A DNA stretch of 64,000 bases. Origin: Escherichia phage vB-EcoP-XT32. This document shows positions 9,287 through 19,400 of the stretch, piece after piece. Location of the stretch: sequence record OR757435; one strand, given 5' to 3'. The position numbers were made by a program, and so were the translations under genes. Under the pieces are notes generated by a model. It saw only the letters and a list, made by a program, of their open reading frames with translations. It did not search any database and was not told the DNA's origin. The first letter of the stretch is position 1; each line of letters starts with the position of its first letter.

Positions 9287-9538
9287 TCACCATTTAGGCA
9301 AATCAATCTCAAGAAGACCAGAAAGCGACAAATCACCGTCAACATAGATTGATCGGAAGTCATCGCGATTAATATCAATGCGCACCAATTGAAGCCATTT
9401 TTTGGCCTCGTTAAAACTCATGGAACAAAAAGCAACGGCAGGGATTATCACATCATCTTCTTTCAAGCTGAACGCAATAAAAGTATCACAAACAAAACAA
9501 GAAAACCCGCTAGATAATTTAACTTCTTTGATAGCCAT
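9287..9538 (-). CDS. hypothetical protein
   Basis: 83-aa ORF. Confidence 0.4.
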   Translation of the reverse strand: MAIKEVKLSSGFSCFVCDTFIAFSLKEDDVIIPAVAFCSMSFNEAKKWLQLVRIDINRDDFRSIYVDGDLSLSGLLEIDLPKW

Positions 9539-9564
9539 GTTTTACACTCCCAAGAATAGGTTAT

Positions 9565-10056
9565 TTATTTACTGGCCTTGATGCAGTTGGCTAGATTAAC
9601 GTGAACAGTGTAAACAGCATTATCAGCGTTATTGTAAACAGTGGTAGCAATCATCGACTCATTGACCGGACCGTAGCTCACAAGATTGGTAACAGCTTTA
9701 ACGTCTTCATAACGTTGTACAGTGCCGAACGTCACCATATCCGCATCATTATCAGCACGCTTGAGTACCAGATCACTGTTAGGCTGACCGTCCAACGTCT
9801 TAGATTGAAAGAGAACGCCTTCATTTGTTACGTTACTAAATTTCATCTTTAACGCGATGGTATTGCCGTCACTATCCGCACCGTTGCAAATCATCCAACC
9901 TTTATTAATGGAACTAGCGAAAACATCAGCGGCATTAGTTGCAGGAGCTGGACTAGCGATAGCCTTATCAGAAAGAGATGTTACCAGTGCACTAACACCG
10001 ATCGCGGCAACCAGTACATAGCTTGCCAGATTAACTACCTGCATTACCTTAGCCAT
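9565..10056 (-). CDS. exported protein (signal peptide), first gene of the leftward block
   Basis: ATG with GAGGA RBS; hydrophobic N-terminus LASYVLVAAIGVSALVTS. Confidence 0.5.
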   Translation of the reverse strand: MAKVMQVVNLASYVLVAAIGVSALVTSLSDKAIASPAPATNAADVFASSINKGWMICNGADSDGNTIALKMKFSNVTNEGVLFQSKTLDGQPNSDLVLKRADNDADMVTFGTVQRYEDVKAVTNLVSYGPVNESMIATTVYNNADNAVYTVHVNLANCIKASK

Positions 10057-10360
10057 TTGTGAATCCTCATTGATGTGTATTTGGTTTCATGTTTCACAAG
10101 ATAGCACGTATTTCTCTTTTATACGTAGGGCCATTGCTCAGTTGGCCTCTTCACTGACTCGATAGTGTTCCAGCTTTCACCAGTCAATCGCAGAGTCCTT
10201 ATCTTTAAACATTCTCCACTACTTAGGACGATTATCCTTCATGGAGCTTACTACCATCTAGCTACTTTGCATCACTGCTTCGCTTCGATGAATACAATTT
10301 ACTACTTCTTAATAAAGAAAGCAAGTCCTACGGGTAAAATATTTCTACTATCTCTATAGG

Positions 10361-10845
10361 ACGGGGAACATACAACCGCAGGACAGACCACGGGGGAACA
10401 TTGCCAGATAGTGCGGTAATAATATACCACTTAAATAATTGTATAACTCAAACATCAAACGTTAAAAGAAAAAGACCAACAGAACGCTGAAAAAGGAAAG
10501 GAATAAACATCAATAAAAACAATCATTCTTAAAAGAATTATTAAAAGAAATATAATCATCCACTTAATTAATACATACATCATTATTGCACTCATAATAA
10601 CAACTATTGAAACTATTTACATTCAAACTATGGGGGAAGTGGGTAGTACAACACTGACGTTGTTGGTAACTAGGGGGTATTATATCGCCTATTCATAGTG
10701 CCTTAATCTAATCATTATCAGACCTATATCAGTGACTAGCCTTTCATCCATTCAGTAAAGGGGAACTAAATAAACGGGTAGGTAATGTATTGGGTAGTAT
10801 ACACGGGGGAATAATTACGGGGAGTAGGCACGGGGAAAGGTTGGA
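10361..10845. repeat. cluster of short G-rich direct repeats ACGGGG(G)AA / GGGTAG flanking an A-rich tract
   Basis: acggggaacat (10361), acgggggaacatt (10391), tgggggaag (10630), aggggaac (10760), acgggggaa (10803), acggggag (10818), acggggaaag (10831); extreme A-richness at 10400-10620. Confidence 0.45.
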
Positions 10846-10990
10846 ACGTGGAAGAAGGTGTAAAGGCATTGCCAATAACCATTTTTTATTTGAGGACTCC
10901 CCCTTTTTAACAATTCGCCGCAGAGGGCCTAGCCCCACTCGGTCAAATCAGAATTTTGAACTGTTATATATAAGCTTAAGAGAGAACTTA

Positions 10991-11152
10991 ATGAATCTAA
11001 TTAAAGTATTTAGACGGATGAAGTGTAAGCACAATTACTACCTTCTTCGTAAAGCTTACGGGGATGAAAGAATACACGGTCTCTACCTATCAACATGGAA
11101 GTGTAAGGAATGTGGTAAGTTGAGATTCAGTACGTGGGTGGATAGGTCTTAA
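10991..11152 (+). CDS. hypothetical zinc-ribbon-like small protein (53 aa)
   Basis: ATG at 10991 with AAGAGAG upstream; C-K-H ... C-K-E-C motif; upstream part of track ORF 10790..11152 overlaps the repeat region and is probably non-coding. Confidence 0.3.
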   Translation: MNLIKVFRRMKCKHNYYLLRKAYGDERIHGLYLSTWKCKECGKLRFSTWVDRS

Positions 11153-11223
11153 TGGAAATAATCTTTTGGTTAGTAATAGTCTTCTGTTTATTCATCTGCT
11201 TCTCTATAGCAAGATGTATCAAG

Positions 11224-11360
11224 TATGACTAATGACATGGCCTTAACATGAGGGTGCCTTTATGACATGCCCTTTACTTCAGAGTACACGGGTTGTTAGT
11301 ATGAGGTAGTCATCTTTGATGACGTGGCCTTTACGGGTTAGATATGACTAGCCCTTTATA
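11224..11360. repeat. iteron-like array: 4-5 direct copies of ATGAC-NN-G(G/C)CCTTTA(C/T)
   Basis: atgacatggccttaac (11232), ggtgcctttatgac (11254), atgacatgccctttac (11263), atgacgtggcctttac (11319), atgactagccctttat (11344); ends 24 nt before the first rightward gene. Confidence 0.55.
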
Positions 11361-11383
11361 CTCTTATTCAGAGGAGAAGAGTT

Positions 11384-11638
11384 ATGAATTTAGTATTAGA
11401 CTTTTTATCAGAGATAGTGCCTCGGTTCAGAACGGAGACATACGCTTTCGTAGTCAATAGTGACTCTGAAGATGGGATGGAAGCTACATGCTTAGGTCGT
11501 CTTGTTGACCTAGATGATGAAACAGATTTCGATATTACCATTGATGTGAGTAGCTTAGGTTGGCTCTTCTTTAGAGCATTCTGCACTTACAAAGTAGAAA
11601 CGTATAAAGATTACAGCAAGGGAGAGACAGATGAATAA
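11384..11638 (+). CDS. hypothetical acidic protein
   Basis: 84-aa ORF with GAGGAGAAG RBS; first gene of the rightward block. Confidence 0.5.
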   Translation: MNLVLDFLSEIVPRFRTETYAFVVNSDSEDGMEATCLGRLVDLDDETDFDITIDVSSLGWLFFRAFCTYKVETYKDYSKGETDE

Positions 11639-12263
11639 TCAAATAATCGCACGTAACATGGAAGGTATTTATGGAGGTAGTTTCCCTTCTGGCTCTCCTT
11701 TCCACACCCAAGCGATGGACCTTAACGAGTATAATTCACAGCTATGTCGCTCTGGTTGTAGCTTACAACATTTAGAAACTATGGGAAACATCTCAGGACT
11801 GGCTGTACAAGATTTGTATAGTGGAAGTATTCTTAAACCAAATATTACGGAGAACAAAAACATGTTAGATTTGATTCATACTACTCGCCCTAACTCTAAA
11901 ACTAAAACACAACCATCTACTCTGGAAGTAGTTGAATATGAATCTACTAAACATGATCACCTTCCTGACTATGCTCGTGCAATGATTGAGATGATTGAAG
12001 AAGCTGAATATGAAATGCTCCATGATTACATTACCTCTAAAGATGAATGGCATCGTGATGTTCGAATCGAAGAAGATGGTACAGAAACAATTACGTGGAT
12101 TCACAAGAGTGAGTTAGTAGACGACGCACTGCGAGACTACGAAAAATTTTTGGTCGACGGCTCTATTCTTTTAGAGGAAGAGAAGGGTGTAGAACTTCCG
12201 TGGGAGGGTGAGATAGTTACTTTAGGTAAGATGTTTAACCTGTCCGTTGGTGATTGTAAGTAA
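11631..12263 (+). CDS. hypothetical protein
   Basis: 210-aa ORF, GGGAGAG RBS, 8-nt overlap with upstream gene. Confidence 0.5.
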   Translation: MNNQIIARNMEGIYGGSFPSGSPFHTQAMDLNEYNSQLCRSGCSLQHLETMGNISGLAVQDLYSGSILKPNITENKNMLDLIHTTRPNSKTKTQPSTLEVVEYESTKHDHLPDYARAMIEMIEEAEYEMLHDYITSKDEWHRDVRIEEDGTETITWIHKSELVDDALRDYEKFLVDGSILLEEEKGVELPWEGEIVTLGKMFNLSVGDCK

Positions 12264-12267
12264 TGTT

Positions 12268-12290
12268 TGCCTCCCTTGGGAGGCTTTTTG
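12268..12290 (+). terminator. rho-independent terminator
   Basis: GCCTCCC-ttg-GGAGGC followed by TTTTTG directly after the stop of 11631..12263. Confidence 0.6.
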
Positions 12291-12319
12291 TGTTGTTGAT
12301 AATGTAGAAGGAGTATAAA

Positions 12320-12793
12320 ATGTTTGGAGAAAACGGAGAACTCACACCTGCACAGGTAGCTGAGATTACAGGAAGATTACCCGGAGTAACGGAAGAACTT
12401 GAAGGCCGTGGTATGAACCCAAGCAATGGGAAGTTTCAAAAGGGAAATAAATTCGGACGACCCAGAGGTAGTAGAGGTAAACTGACACAATTAATGTTGG
12501 ACCGTGTTGCTGCAAGTCATTTGTCTCCTGATGAAGTGTTAATTCAAATTTACGAAGATCCTAATATTCCACCTGATCTTAGATTCAAGGCTGCATCAAA
12601 AGTTGCAGATCTGGTATATCCTAAGGCGGCCTCTGTTGAAGTTAAGATTGAGGAAGAGAATGTAATTAACGAAGAATCATTGAATGCACAAATCAAGGAC
12701 TTCTTGACTGGAGCACTTGGTATCGACGTTATGCCTCCAGAAGAAGACAACTCTGAGGACGCTGAAAAGGGGGAGGAAGCGGACGAGAGTTAA
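12320..12793 (+). CDS. putative terminase small subunit / DNA-binding protein
   Basis: Immediately upstream of the large terminase; Gly/Lys-rich GKFQKGNKFGRPRGSRGK motif; acidic C-terminus; assignment is positional. Confidence 0.4.
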   Translation: MFGENGELTPAQVAEITGRLPGVTEELEGRGMNPSNGKFQKGNKFGRPRGSRGKLTQLMLDRVAASHLSPDEVLIQIYEDPNIPPDLRFKAASKVADLVYPKAASVEVKIEEENVINEESLNAQIKDFLTGALGIDVMPPEEDNSEDAEKGEEADES

Positions 12794-12954
12794 TTAAAGG
12801 AAACAGGGAGCTGTCGAAGATCATCTGATTAGCAATCTAAGGGTTGTTATAGTTTTATTGCCACGATGTTCTTTTGCAGTGTACCCTTGTAGTGGAGAGG
12901 GGAGGTTCTTTGACGAAGGGACTTTCCCTTTTCTATTTTTAAACTGGAGGAAGT

Positions 12955-14496
12955 ATGTCATTAGATAAACAAATTTATGAAGCTCTAACTGGTAACAACC
13001 TTAGTGTAGACGAAAAGAAAGCACTATTGAATATGTTGAAAGAGCGTGACCAATGGAGGAAGTATAATAAGATTTTGTCTTTCAAGGCGTATGACTTCCA
13101 AAAGAAATTTTATGCAGCAGGATTGAAGCATCGCTTTAGATTCTTGTGTGCAGCGAACCGTGTTGGTAAATCTTATAGCGAGGCATACGAGTTTGCTTGT
13201 CATGTCACAGGTCGCTACCCAACTTGGTGGACAGGATATAAATTTAAAAGACCTATCTTAGCATGGGCAGTTGGTATTACAGGGGATTCCACAAGGAAAG
13301 TATTGCAAAAGGAATTGTTTGGTACACCTATCGGAAAGGATACAAATTTATTAGGGACAGGTGTCATTCCTCGTGATGCTATCGTCATTGATACGATAGA
13401 ACGAGATGGTAACAAACTTCAAATCGTACAAATCAAACATCAAAATGAGAGAGGAGAGTTTGACGGTTTAAGTACATTAGAATTCCGTTCAACCCAACAG
13501 GGTGAACACACATTGATGGGTGCAACAGTTGACTACATTTGGTTAGACGAAGAAGATCCATACGAGTCTATGGCTATATTCGCACAGTGCGTCACACGTA
13601 CACTCACAACTAAAGGTCTAGTTACAATTACAGCTACACCAGAGAACGGTTTAACTGAACTGGTAGATAAATTTATGAAAGGTGAAGGAGATGAGAACAC
13701 AGGTTCTCTGTATTTCCAGAATGCTTCTTGGTGGGATGCTCATGCAGACCTAGGTGGACACATCACTGACCAAGATATAAAAGATATGACTGAAGGTATT
13801 CCAGCGTGGCAGTTAGAGATGCGTTCAAAAGGTATGCCATTGTTAGGAAGTGGTTTGATATATGATGTATCGGATGACACAATTAAATGTGAACCATTCG
13901 AAATTCCTGATACGTGGAAACGTGTCTGTGCAATTGATATTGGTATTGATCACCCAACTGCTGCTGTTTGGACAGCTTACGATGCAAACACGGATACTAT
14001 CTATGTTTACGACTCATATAAAGAAGGTGGCTTTACTCCAGTGTATCATGCTCCAGCTATTAATGGTCGTGGTCAGTGGATTCCTGTCATCCTACCGCAT
14101 GATGCGGACAATACTGAGAAAGGTAGTGGCTCATCTGTTGCTCAATTCTATAAGAATGCAGGAGTTAACGTACAGAGTGAGACCTTCTACAACAAAATTG
14201 GAATGGATGGTAAAAAGAACTTCTTTGTAGAACCGGGAATCACAGATATCCGAGAAAGAATGATGAGTGGACGCTTTAAAGTCTTTAACACAGCCGCTAA
14301 CGCTAAGCTATTCGAAGAGAAAGCTAGATATCACCGTAAGGTTGGTAAGATTATTAAAGAACATGATGACTTAATGGATGCAATGCGCTATTCAGCGTGC
14401 TCTGTTACACATCGTGGTCGCTCTAAGCATGATGTTAGCTACGGAAGCGCTTCTTTGTATGAGGCAAACGTAAGCAGATGGAATCAGAGCTACTAA
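12955..14496 (+). CDS. terminase large subunit
   Basis: 513 aa; Walker-A-like CAANRVGKS near N-terminus, acidic nuclease-like region (DIGIDHPTA ... HDAD); GGAGGAAG RBS. Confidence 0.8.
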   Translation: MSLDKQIYEALTGNNLSVDEKKALLNMLKERDQWRKYNKILSFKAYDFQKKFYAAGLKHRFRFLCAANRVGKSYSEAYEFACHVTGRYPTWWTGYKFKRPILAWAVGITGDSTRKVLQKELFGTPIGKDTNLLGTGVIPRDAIVIDTIERDGNKLQIVQIKHQNERGEFDGLSTLEFRSTQQGEHTLMGATVDYIWLDEEDPYESMAIFAQCVTRTLTTKGLVTITATPENGLTELVDKFMKGEGDENTGSLYFQNASWWDAHADLGGHITDQDIKDMTEGIPAWQLEMRSKGMPLLGSGLIYDVSDDTIKCEPFEIPDTWKRVCAIDIGIDHPTAAVWTAYDANTDTIYVYDSYKEGGFTPVYHAPAINGRGQWIPVILPHDADNTEKGSGSSVAQFYKNAGVNVQSETFYNKIGMDGKKNFFVEPGITDIRERMMSGRFKVFNTAANAKLFEEKARYHRKVGKIIKEHDDLMDAMRYSACSVTHRGRSKHDVSYGSASLYEANVSRWNQSY

Positions 14497-14663
14497 AATC
14501 CTAAGAGTTTCTAGAGAGACTTAGGCCAGAAATTGGTCTTTCTAGTGTAGGGGACAAGCATTCTGGCGGCTTGTTGGGGAGAGTAGGCTACGACCTCCCT
14601 TTTAGTCTTATGGTTAAGAAATTCAGGTGATTTGCTACCTTAAGTGCAGCTAGAAAGAAAAAC

Positions 14664-14696
14664 AAGAGGGGAGGTTTGTCCTCCCTTCTTTTATTT
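14664..14696 (+). terminator. rho-independent terminator/attenuator between terminase and portal
   Basis: AAGAGGGGAGG-tttgt-CCTCCCTTCTT hairpin followed by TTTATTT. Confidence 0.55.
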
Positions 14697-14722
14697 AAGC
14701 TATCAACCGAGGGAGAGAATAG

Positions 14723-16966
14723 ATGGCTAAGCAAAAATATAGTGAAGAGGTGTTGGACGAGTTACGTGTTGACCTTCAACGTCGTTTTAATTACGCTCAA
14801 GGTTACGTTGACATGGCTGTTAAGGGCTATGCTCGTGAAGCTTGGGAATATTTCTATGGTAACTTACCTGCACCAGTAACTGCTGGCAGCTCTAGTTGGG
14901 TAGATCGTACTGTTTGGGAATCCGTTAACGGTACATTGCAAGATATTATTAACGTATTCTGTTCTGGTGATGAAGCAGTTACTTTTGTAGCTGATAACCA
15001 ACAGGACTCTGATGCTGCTGATGTAGCAACTAAACTAGTTAACCAAATTCTTCTGCGTGACAATCCGGGATACAATATTATCTCCTCTGCTGCACAAGAA
15101 TGTCTAGTTACTCGTAACTCTTTTATCAAGTATTATTGGGATGAGCACACTTCTACTCAAACTGAAGAAGCTGAAGGTGTACCACCGGAAGCGTTGGCTG
15201 CATATGTTCAGGGATTAGAAGCTGGTGGACTCAAGAATCTGGAAATCTTCACTGAAGAAAATGAAGACGGTACAGTAGATGTTAAAGTTACTTATGAACA
15301 AACTGTTAAACGTGTGAAAGTTGAATATGTTCCTTCAGAGCAAATCTTTGTTGATGAACATGCTACCTCTTTTGCAGATGCACAATATTTCTGTCATCGT
15401 GTACGTCGTTCTAAAGAAGATCTGGTTGCTATGGGCTTCCCTAAAGATGAGATTGAAGCATTTAATGACTGGACAGACACGATGGATACCACTCAATCTA
15501 CAGTTGCTTGGTCTCGTACTGACTGGCGTCAGGACATTGATGCTGACATTGGCACAGATACTGAAGATATCGCTACTATGGTTTGGGTTTATGAGCACTA
15601 CATCCGTACTGGTGTTCTAGATAAGAATAAAGAATCTAAACTCTATCAGGTTATTCAAGCTGGTGAGCATATCCTTCACACTGAAGAAGTAACTCACATT
15701 CCGTTTGTAACCTTCTGTCCGTATCCGATTCCGGGTTCCTTCTATGGTCAGTCAGTCTATGACATTACGAAAGATATTCAGGATTTACGTACCGCGTTAG
15801 TTCGTGGTTATATTGATAACGTCAACAATGCTAACTATGGTCGATACAAAGCTCTTGTTGGTGCATACGATCGTCGCTCTCTGCTTGATAACCGTCCCGG
15901 TGGAGTGGTTGAAATGGAACGTCAGGACGCTATCGACCTGTTCCCATACCATAACCTACCTCAAGGTATTGATGGCCTCCTAGGTATGTCTGAGGAGCTT
16001 AAAGAGACACGTACTGGTGTAACTAAACTTGGCATGGGTATCAACCCTGATGTGTTTAAGAACGATAACGCTTATGCAACCGTAGGCTTGATGATGAATG
16101 CTGCACAGAACCGTCTCCGTATGGTATGTCGTAACATTGCTCACAATGGTATGGTTGAATTGATGCGTGGTATTTATAGCCTTATCAGAGAAAATGGTGA
16201 AGTTCCTATTGAGGTACAAACCCCTCGTGGTATGGTTCAGGTAAATCCGAAACAATTACCAGCTCGTCACAATCTTCAAGTTGTTGTAGCTATCTCTCCT
16301 AATGAAAAAGCAGAACGTGCACAGAAACTGATTAGCTTGAAGCAGCTGATTGCAGCAGATGCACAGTTAGCACCTCTCTTCGGTTTGGAGCAAGACCGTT
16401 ACATGACTGCACAGATCTTTGAGTTGATGGGTATTAAAGACACTCACAAATACCTACTGCCTCTGGAACAGTATCAGCCTCCTGAGCCGTCTCCGATGGA
16501 AATCCTCCAGCTCGAGATGACTAAAGCACAGGTTGAGAACGTACAGGCTTCTTCTCAGAAGATGATTGCTGATGCATTCGACCAGCGTGAACGTACTACA
16601 TTCGAACAGCAGAAAGCTGCGGATGAATTAAGTCTGCGTCAGGAAGAGTTGCAGTTCAAGCAAGAAAATGCAGCAGATGCTATGACTCTGGAAAACCGTA
16701 AAGAAGATAACAATGCAACTCTGGAACAAGCTAAGCACAAGTTAGCTCTTATGCAACAGCAGGTCCGTCAGTATGAGTCTGTACTGAAAGAATTGCAGAT
16801 GGTTATGGAACATCAGGTTGACCAAGAGAAGATTGTTCAGCAATCTCGTGTTCAGGATAAAACTTTGGAACTCCAGAAGAAAGAAGCAAATGTAACTAAG
16901 AAAGAGCAACAAGCTTCTCTCAAAGATTCACGGATTCCAGGCAAACGTCTTGGAAGTAAAAAGTAA
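14723..16966 (+). CDS. portal protein (putative), with C-terminal coiled-coil extension
   Basis: 747-aa ORF directly after the terminase and before scaffold/capsid; C-terminal 200 aa Q/E/K-rich coiled coil; assignment by synteny and size. Confidence 0.65.
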   Translation: MAKQKYSEEVLDELRVDLQRRFNYAQGYVDMAVKGYAREAWEYFYGNLPAPVTAGSSSWVDRTVWESVNGTLQDIINVFCSGDEAVTFVADNQQDSDAADVATKLVNQILLRDNPGYNIISSAAQECLVTRNSFIKYYWDEHTSTQTEEAEGVPPEALAAYVQGLEAGGLKNLEIFTEENEDGTVDVKVTYEQTVKRVKVEYVPSEQIFVDEHATSFADAQYFCHRVRRSKEDLVAMGFPKDEIEAFNDWTDTMDTTQSTVAWSRTDWRQDIDADIGTDTEDIATMVWVYEHYIRTGVLDKNKESKLYQVIQAGEHILHTEEVTHIPFVTFCPYPIPGSFYGQSVYDITKDIQDLRTALVRGYIDNVNNANYGRYKALVGAYDRRSLLDNRPGGVVEMERQDAIDLFPYHNLPQGIDGLLGMSEELKETRTGVTKLGMGINPDVFKNDNAYATVGLMMNAAQNRLRMVCRNIAHNGMVELMRGIYSLIRENGEVPIEVQTPRGMVQVNPKQLPARHNLQVVVAISPNEKAERAQKLISLKQLIAADAQLAPLFGLEQDRYMTAQIFELMGIKDTHKYLLPLEQYQPPEPSPMEILQLEMTKAQVENVQASSQKMIADAFDQRERTTFEQQKAADELSLRQEELQFKQENAADAMTLENRKEDNNATLEQAKHKLALMQQQVRQYESVLKELQMVMEHQVDQEKIVQQSRVQDKTLELQKKEANVTKKEQQASLKDSRIPGKRLGSKK

Positions 16967-16975
16967 GGACGTCGA

Positions 16976-17212
16976 ATGAACATTAGGCATCAATTCAATA
17001 AAGAGCACGCCGCCGCTTTGGCGGCTCTCAATCTTAACGGCAGTCTTGACGCAGCATTAGAGGCATTGAAAGAAAGACTCATGACAGAGATAGTTCAAAC
17101 TGAACCTCATGAGAATAAGAAACGCGAAGATTGTTATCAAAAGTATAAAATGGTGGGTAGCTTAAAAGAGGTCATAAAAGCTGCTATCAATAGTGCAGGA
17201 GATGTTTCATAA
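16976..17212 (+). CDS. hypothetical small protein
   Basis: 78-aa ORF between portal and scaffold. Confidence 0.45.
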   Translation: MNIRHQFNKEHAAALAALNLNGSLDAALEALKERLMTEIVQTEPHENKKREDCYQKYKMVGSLKEVIKAAINSAGDVS

Positions 17213-18297
17213 TGCCACAAGATAATTATATTGACCCGAACGATTTTAAATCTTTCCTCCAACTGGATGACCTGAAAGGTTCTTTTAAAGAAGAACTTGG
17301 TCGATTAGAATCTGAACAAGAACCAGAAGTGGACATTGACGATGAGTTCCCGGAAGATACCGGTGACAATTTCGACTTTGATACCGACCTTCTCGGTGAA
17401 AGCGATGAGCTTAAGTTCGAAGATGAAGATGGTTGGGAAGATCATGATGAGGAAGGCGAAGTCGAAGAAGATGGGGATGACTCTGATGAAGGTGATGAAA
17501 ACACTGAAGCAGAAGAGGAAGACTCAAGCGATGCAGGGTATGAAGATGATTCTGCTGACGGTGATGGTGAGGTCTTTGATGTAGACTACGAAACCGTTAT
17601 CACCCTTCCTGATGGACGTGAGATGACTATTGAAGAACTCTCCAATGGCTATCTTACTGGTGCTGACATGACCGAACGAGAATCAACTCTTCAGCGTCAC
17701 ATGGAAGCATTTGAGGAACGTGTAGTAGGTTTGAAGGATGTATTAGAATTAGCGTCTTTAGAAGCAGACCGAGTAATTGAAGATTACAACGGATTTGATT
17801 GGGACAAGCTTGCAGTAGAAGATCCTCAAGCATATGTTGAAAACAAACGTTTCCTAGAGAAGTACACAGCTCGTCGTAACCAGCTTGAACAGGCTCAGAT
17901 GCGTGTTAAGCAGGAAGCAGCAGCTAAAGAACAGGAAGCTTTCCAAGCCAAAAGTATTGAGTGCGTTAATATTCTGAAACGTGAGATTCCAAATTGGGAT
18001 GAAAACTTATATCAAAACTTAATGCAATATGCAATTGACTTAGGTGCTACTGAAGAAGAAGTATTGAAGGAAAACCGTCCGTCTATTTTCCTAGCTCTCC
18101 ATAAAGCATACCAATTTGATAAAGGTAAGCAGCAGGTGATGGCTAAGATTAAACGTCCCGGTGCTCCACGCAAGGTTGTGAAGTCTGATGCTGCAAAGTC
18201 TCGTACTTCCAATAAGCCAGACAACGCTAAGGTTGCCAAGGCATTCGCAGAGGGTCGCGTTAGTCACGAAGACGCATTCAAATTCCTCGTAGATTAA
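17212..18297 (+). CDS. scaffolding protein (putative)
   Basis: 361 aa, strongly acidic D/E-rich N-terminal half and helical C-terminal half, located immediately upstream of the major capsid gene. Confidence 0.55.
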   Translation: MPQDNYIDPNDFKSFLQLDDLKGSFKEELGRLESEQEPEVDIDDEFPEDTGDNFDFDTDLLGESDELKFEDEDGWEDHDEEGEVEEDGDDSDEGDENTEAEEEDSSDAGYEDDSADGDGEVFDVDYETVITLPDGREMTIEELSNGYLTGADMTERESTLQRHMEAFEERVVGLKDVLELASLEADRVIEDYNGFDWDKLAVEDPQAYVENKRFLEKYTARRNQLEQAQMRVKQEAAAKEQEAFQAKSIECVNILKREIPNWDENLYQNLMQYAIDLGATEEEVLKENRPSIFLALHKAYQFDKGKQQVMAKIKRPGAPRKVVKSDAAKSRTSNKPDNAKVAKAFAEGRVSHEDAFKFLVD

Positions 18298-18338
18298 TCG
18301 ACAAATTAATTATTTAATAGTATAGGAGCTAACATAAC

Positions 18339-19400
18339 ATGGCTAATCCAACTTTATTTGTATCGTATGACCAGAATGGTAAAAAACTTTCTTTTGCTAA
18401 CTGGATTTCTGTTCTGTCCCCTCAGGATACCCCGTTCGTATCCATGACCGGTAAAGAGTCTATCAACCAGACTATCTTTAGCTGGCAGACCGATGCACTG
18501 GCAAGCGTTGATGGTAATAACGCACACGTCGAAGGCTCTCGTGCTGAAGACGGCGAAATGAAACCGACTGTTATCAAGTCTAACGTTACTCAGATTCTGC
18601 GTAAGGTTGTTCGTGTTTCTGACACTGCTAACACCACCGCTAACTACGGTCGTGGTCGCGAACTGATGTACCAGCTGGAGAAGAAAGGTAAAGAGATCAA
18701 GCGTGACCTCGAGAAAATCCTTCTGTCTGGTCAGGCTCGTACCGACGTTCTGGCTGACCAATACCTGACTAACTCTGCCGCTGACCCAGATCAGATTGGC
18801 AAGAACGACACCCATGCAGCTCGTAAGACTGGTGCATTCCAGTTCCTGTGTGCTCACGGTGGTCTGGCTGGCGGCGTTGTTGACAAGACCAAGAATGGTC
18901 CTGCTGACCCGGATACTGGTGCAATCACTGTTAAAGTTGCACAGAACGCTTCTAACCCGGCTACTAACATCGGCTTTGATGAAGCAGATATCTTTGATAT
19001 GACTCTGCAACTGTACACCGCTGGTTCTGAAGCAGATATCATCATGATTAACCCGGCTCATGCTAAGATCTTCGCTGGTCTGCAAGAAAATACTCAGGGT
19101 TCACGTAAGCGTATCTTTGAAAACACCAAGCAGTTCATTTACGAAGTTAACAGCATCACTGACCCGCTGGGCCAGAGCTACAAAATCATCGTTAACCGTT
19201 GGATGCCTACCGATGCAGTTTACTTCTTCCGTAGCGCTGACTGGACTCAGATGGTTCTGCGTGCTCCGAAACGTACTGAACTGGCTAAAGATGGTTCTTA
19301 CGAAAAATGGATGATTGAGATGGAAGTTGGTCTGCGTCACCGCAACCCGTATGCTTCCGGTGTTCTGTTCACTGCTGCGGGAAAGGCAGTGGCGGCGTAA
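18339..19400 (+). CDS. major capsid protein (putative)
   Basis: 353-aa ORF with strong RBS (TAGGAGC), followed by a strong terminator after the downstream extension; position after scaffold. Confidence 0.7.
   Translation: MANPTLFVSYDQNGKKLSFANWISVLSPQDTPFVSMTGKESINQTIFSWQTDALASVDGNNAHVEGSRAEDGEMKPTVIKSNVTQILRKVVRVSDTANTTANYGRGRELMYQLEKKGKEIKRDLEKILLSGQARTDVLADQYLTNSAADPDQIGKNDTHAARKTGAFQFLCAHGGLAGGVVDKTKNGPADPDTGAITVKVAQNASNPATNIGFDEADIFDMTLQLYTAGSEADIIMINPAHAKIFAGLQENTQGSRKRIFENTKQFIYEVNSITDPLGQSYKIIVNRWMPTDAVYFFRSADWTQMVLRAPKRTELAKDGSYEKWMIEMEVGLRHRNPYASGVLFTAAGKAVAA

Noticed and set aside
10130-10160. tRNA-like D-arm sequence GCTCAGTTGG
   Set aside because: No matching acceptor stem, anticodon arm or T-loop (GTTCRAATC) nearby; no tRNA could be folded by eye anywhere in the window.
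10790-10990. N-terminal two thirds of track ORF 10790..11152
   Set aside because: Low-complexity Gly/Arg-rich translation overlapping the G-rich repeat cluster; only the C-terminal 53 codons from ATG 10991 have an RBS and a zinc-ribbon-like motif.
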